Assembly: GCA_963695875.1 (NCBI GenBank)
Contig: CAVOID010000005.1
Span: forward strand, 150,484 to 214,483
Origin: an uncultured delta proteobacterium
Lineage (GTDB): Bacteria > Desulfobacterota > Syntrophia > Syntrophales > UBA2185
Length of the DNA: 64,000 bases
Reading direction: 5' to 3'
Shown in pieces: positions 61,092-64,000 of the stretch (its first letter is position 1; each line of letters begins with the position of its first letter). The notes under the pieces were generated by a model. The model was not told the origin of the DNA, ran no database searches, and saw nothing but the letters and a program-made list of their open reading frames with translations. Both the position numbers and the translations under genes were made by a program.

Positions 61092-64000
61092 TTAATCTTT
61101 CGCCAAACTCCGACCTCGCCAGATCATGTAGATTGCAGGATAGATAATCAATTCGAGGATGGTTGAAGTAATTACGCCGCCGACCATGGGCGCGGCAATC
61201 CGCTTCATCACGTCGGCACCGGTGCCATGGCTGAACATGATGGGGATAAGACCCGCCAGAATGACGCTTACCGTCATGATCTTGGGGCGGATTCTCTTCA
61301 CGGCACCATACATGATGGCCTCTTTCAGATCGGCCGCAGTTGCCATCTTTCCCTCTTTCTTCCATTTCTCATAGGCAAGGTCAAGATAGAGGAGCATGAC
61401 CACGCCCGTTTCCGCATCGAGCCCCGCGAGGGCGATGATACCAACCCATACGGCGATGCTCATGTTGTAATTGAGCAGATAAAGAAGCCAGAAGGAACCG
61501 ACGAGGGAAAAGGGAACGGCAAGAAGGACAATCGCCGTTTTCGTAACCGACTTTGTATTGAAGTAAAGCAGCACAAAAATAATAAAGAGCGTAAGAGGAA
61601 TGACCAGCTTCAACCTCTCATGGGTCTTGACCAGGTATTCATATTCGCCGCTCCAGGAAAGACGGTAGCCTTCGGGAATCTTCAGAGAGGCCACTTTCTT
61701 CCTGGCTTCATCAACATAACCACCCATATCTCCACCCGAGTAATCGATATAGACATAGGCGGTCAAAAGCCCTTCTTCACTTTTTATCGCTGTCGGTCCC
61801 TTGACAATCTTGATATCCGCAAGTTCACCCAGAGGTATCTGGAGAGGACCGGGTGAGCCGACATGCCTGCAGCCGATGCGGCAACCGGGCGGTTTGCCAT
61901 CATCACCGGCACAAGCACCCTTCTTGAGTTTTTCCACGTCATTTCGTAATTCCCTTGAGTACCGGACATTGACGGGATAGCGCGCCCGCCCTTCGACCGT
62001 CGTCGTCAGGTTCATCCCCCCGATGGCCGCCTGGATCACTTCCCCAACATCATCCACGGTCAGGCCATACCGTGCCACCTCATCCTTCTTAACGGCGATA
62101 TCCAGAAAGTAACCGGTCGTGACCCTCTCCGCATAGACACTGCGGGTCCCCGGAATATCCTTGATTTGTTGCTCCAGTGCGAGTCCTATCTTTTCTATCT
62201 CTTCGAGGTTCGGCCCCAGAATCTTAATCCCCACAGGCGTCCTGATCCCCGTGGCAAGCATGTCGATGCGGGCCTTGATGGGCATGGTGAAGGAATTCGA
62301 AACACCCGGTATGGATCAGGGCGTCGTTCATCTCGTCTTTGAGTTTTTCCACCGTCATCCCTTCACGCCACTCGCGATTCAGGCTTCAGGTTGATCACCG
62401 TCTCGAACATCTCCAGGGGCGCCGGGTCAGTCGCGGTCTCCGCCCGTCCCGGCCTTTCCGAACACCTGGGCAACTTCCGGGATCTTTTTCAGGATTTTGT
62501 CCTGTATCTGCAACAATTTGGAGACCTCGGAAATGGATGCTCCGGGCATGGTCACCGGCATGTAAAAGAGGGTCCCTTCGTAAAGAGGGGGCATAAATTC
62601 CGAACCAAGCTTCATAAAAGGGTAAATAGTCAGTATCAGAATAACGGCGGCAACAATAATCACCGTCTTTCTGAATCTCAGGGCAAGCCTGGCGACGGGT
62701 TCATAGAGTTTGTGCAGGACGATGCTGATGGGATTTTTTTCTTCCGGCCGGATTTTCCCCCGAATAAAAAGCGTCATCAATACCGGCGTCAGGGTAATGG
62801 CGAGGAATGATGAGAAGAGCATGGCAAACGTCTTCGTGTATGCCAGCGGTTTGAACAGTCTCCCTGCCTGCGCCTGGAGCGTGAACACGGGAAGGAATCC
62901 CACGGTGATCACCAGGAGGGAGAAGAAAAGAGAAGGGCCCGACCTCTTTGGCCGCCTCGATGATCACATCCGTCCTGTTTCCCGGCTTCCCCTCCGCTTC
63001 CCATTCTTCCAGCTTCTTGTGGGAGTTTTCCACCATGATGATGGCGGCATCGACCATGGCGCCAATGGCAATGGCGATACCGCTGAGACTCATGATATTG
63101 GACGTGACGCCCAGATAGTACATGCAGATAAAGGACATGATGATCGCTATGGGCAGGGTGAGGATCACCACCAGGGCGCTGGGCAGGTGAAACAGGAAGA
63201 TGAGACAGACAACGCTGACAGCCACGGCCAGTTTGATGATCTCATCTTTCAGGGTGTCGATAGAGCGCTTGATCAGGTCTGAGCGGTCATAGGTGGTGAT
63301 AATCTTCACACCTTGGGGAAGGCTCGGCGCAATGTCTTTTTGGATCTTTTCCTTGACCCGTTCAATGACATTAAGGACATTTTCACCGAAGCGGACAACG
63401 ACAATACCCCCGGCAACCTCTCCCCTGCCGTCCAGTTCCGCCAGTCCCCTCCGGATTTCCGGCCCGAACTGAATACGGGCTACATCCTTCAAAAAGATCG
63501 GCGTCCCCGCATTGTTCGTGCCCACGGAAACATCTTCCAGGTCTTTGAGGTTTTTGATGTATCCCCTGCCCCTCACCATGTATTCCACGCCGGACATCTC
63601 CAGCACCCTGCCTTCCACATCCCGGTTGCTCTTCCGGATCACCTCCATTACTTTTGTGATCGGAATATTGTAGGCAAGGAGGCGGTTGGGATCGATGGTC
63701 ACCTGATACTGCTTCACAAACCCGCCGACACTCGCAACCTGTGAAACTCCGGGAACGCTTTCCAGTCCCAGCTTGATGGTATAGTCCTGGATGGAGCGGA
63801 GTTCGGAAAGATCATGCCCGCCCGTCTCATCAACGACGGCATAGGTAAATCCCCATCCCAGGCTTGTCGCATCGGGACCAAGGACGGGATTAACATCGGC
63901 AGGTATCTTGTTTTTGACGGCCTGGAGATACTCCAGCACCCGGCTTCTTGCCCAGTAGATATTCGTTCCCTCTTTGAAAATGACGTAGATAAAGGAACTG
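61092..64000 (-). CDS. cusA: CusA-type heavy-metal RND permease; several frameshifts; 5' end outside the window
   Basis: [46 protein letters not shown] and KRIRPKIMT occur in successive frames. Confidence 0.92.

Noticed and set aside
61092..62940. Programmed frameshifting or phase variation in cusA and the R-M gene
   Set aside because: There are too many scattered indels without long repeat tracts or slippery sites, which fits sequencing error better.

Overview
A 64 kb accessory region, probably from an anaerobic deltaproteobacterium (Syntrophales-like; inferred from gene content only). It is dominated by metal/metalloid and thiol-redox homeostasis genes: DUF134-NifX-CoADR/rhodanese, a TolC-MFP-RND-DUF2892 efflux system, a sigma54-driven ZraP/Spy gene followed by LolCDE-like ABC genes, chrA, an extended ArsR-led arsenic cluster (Trx, ArsP, radical SAM, Trx-CcdA, ArsC, Acr3), an ECF sigma operon and a CusA-type pump. 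It also contains a Lon-type protease, an M23-bactofilin pair, two sigma28-driven chemoreceptors, HU, fatty-acid genes, a broken single-chain restriction-modification gene, two IS elements and several small repeats. Many genes carry single-base indels, most likely assembly errors. The most notable signals are absent from the ORF track. (1) A candidate selenoprotein fuses a CxxCxC...UxxCxxC domain to an MtrA-type corrinoid domain and DUF4346, with a SECIS-like hairpin after the UGA. (2) A glutaredoxin-like gene in the ars cluster has two in-frame UGA codons, each followed by a SECIS-like hairpin. (3) A shared ECF-type promoter motif and a paralogous small membrane protein link the MtrA-like operon to the ECF sigma operon 22 kb away, suggesting an undescribed regulon. 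All family assignments come from motif recognition by eye; no searches were run. No rRNA, tRNA or CRISPR array was seen.
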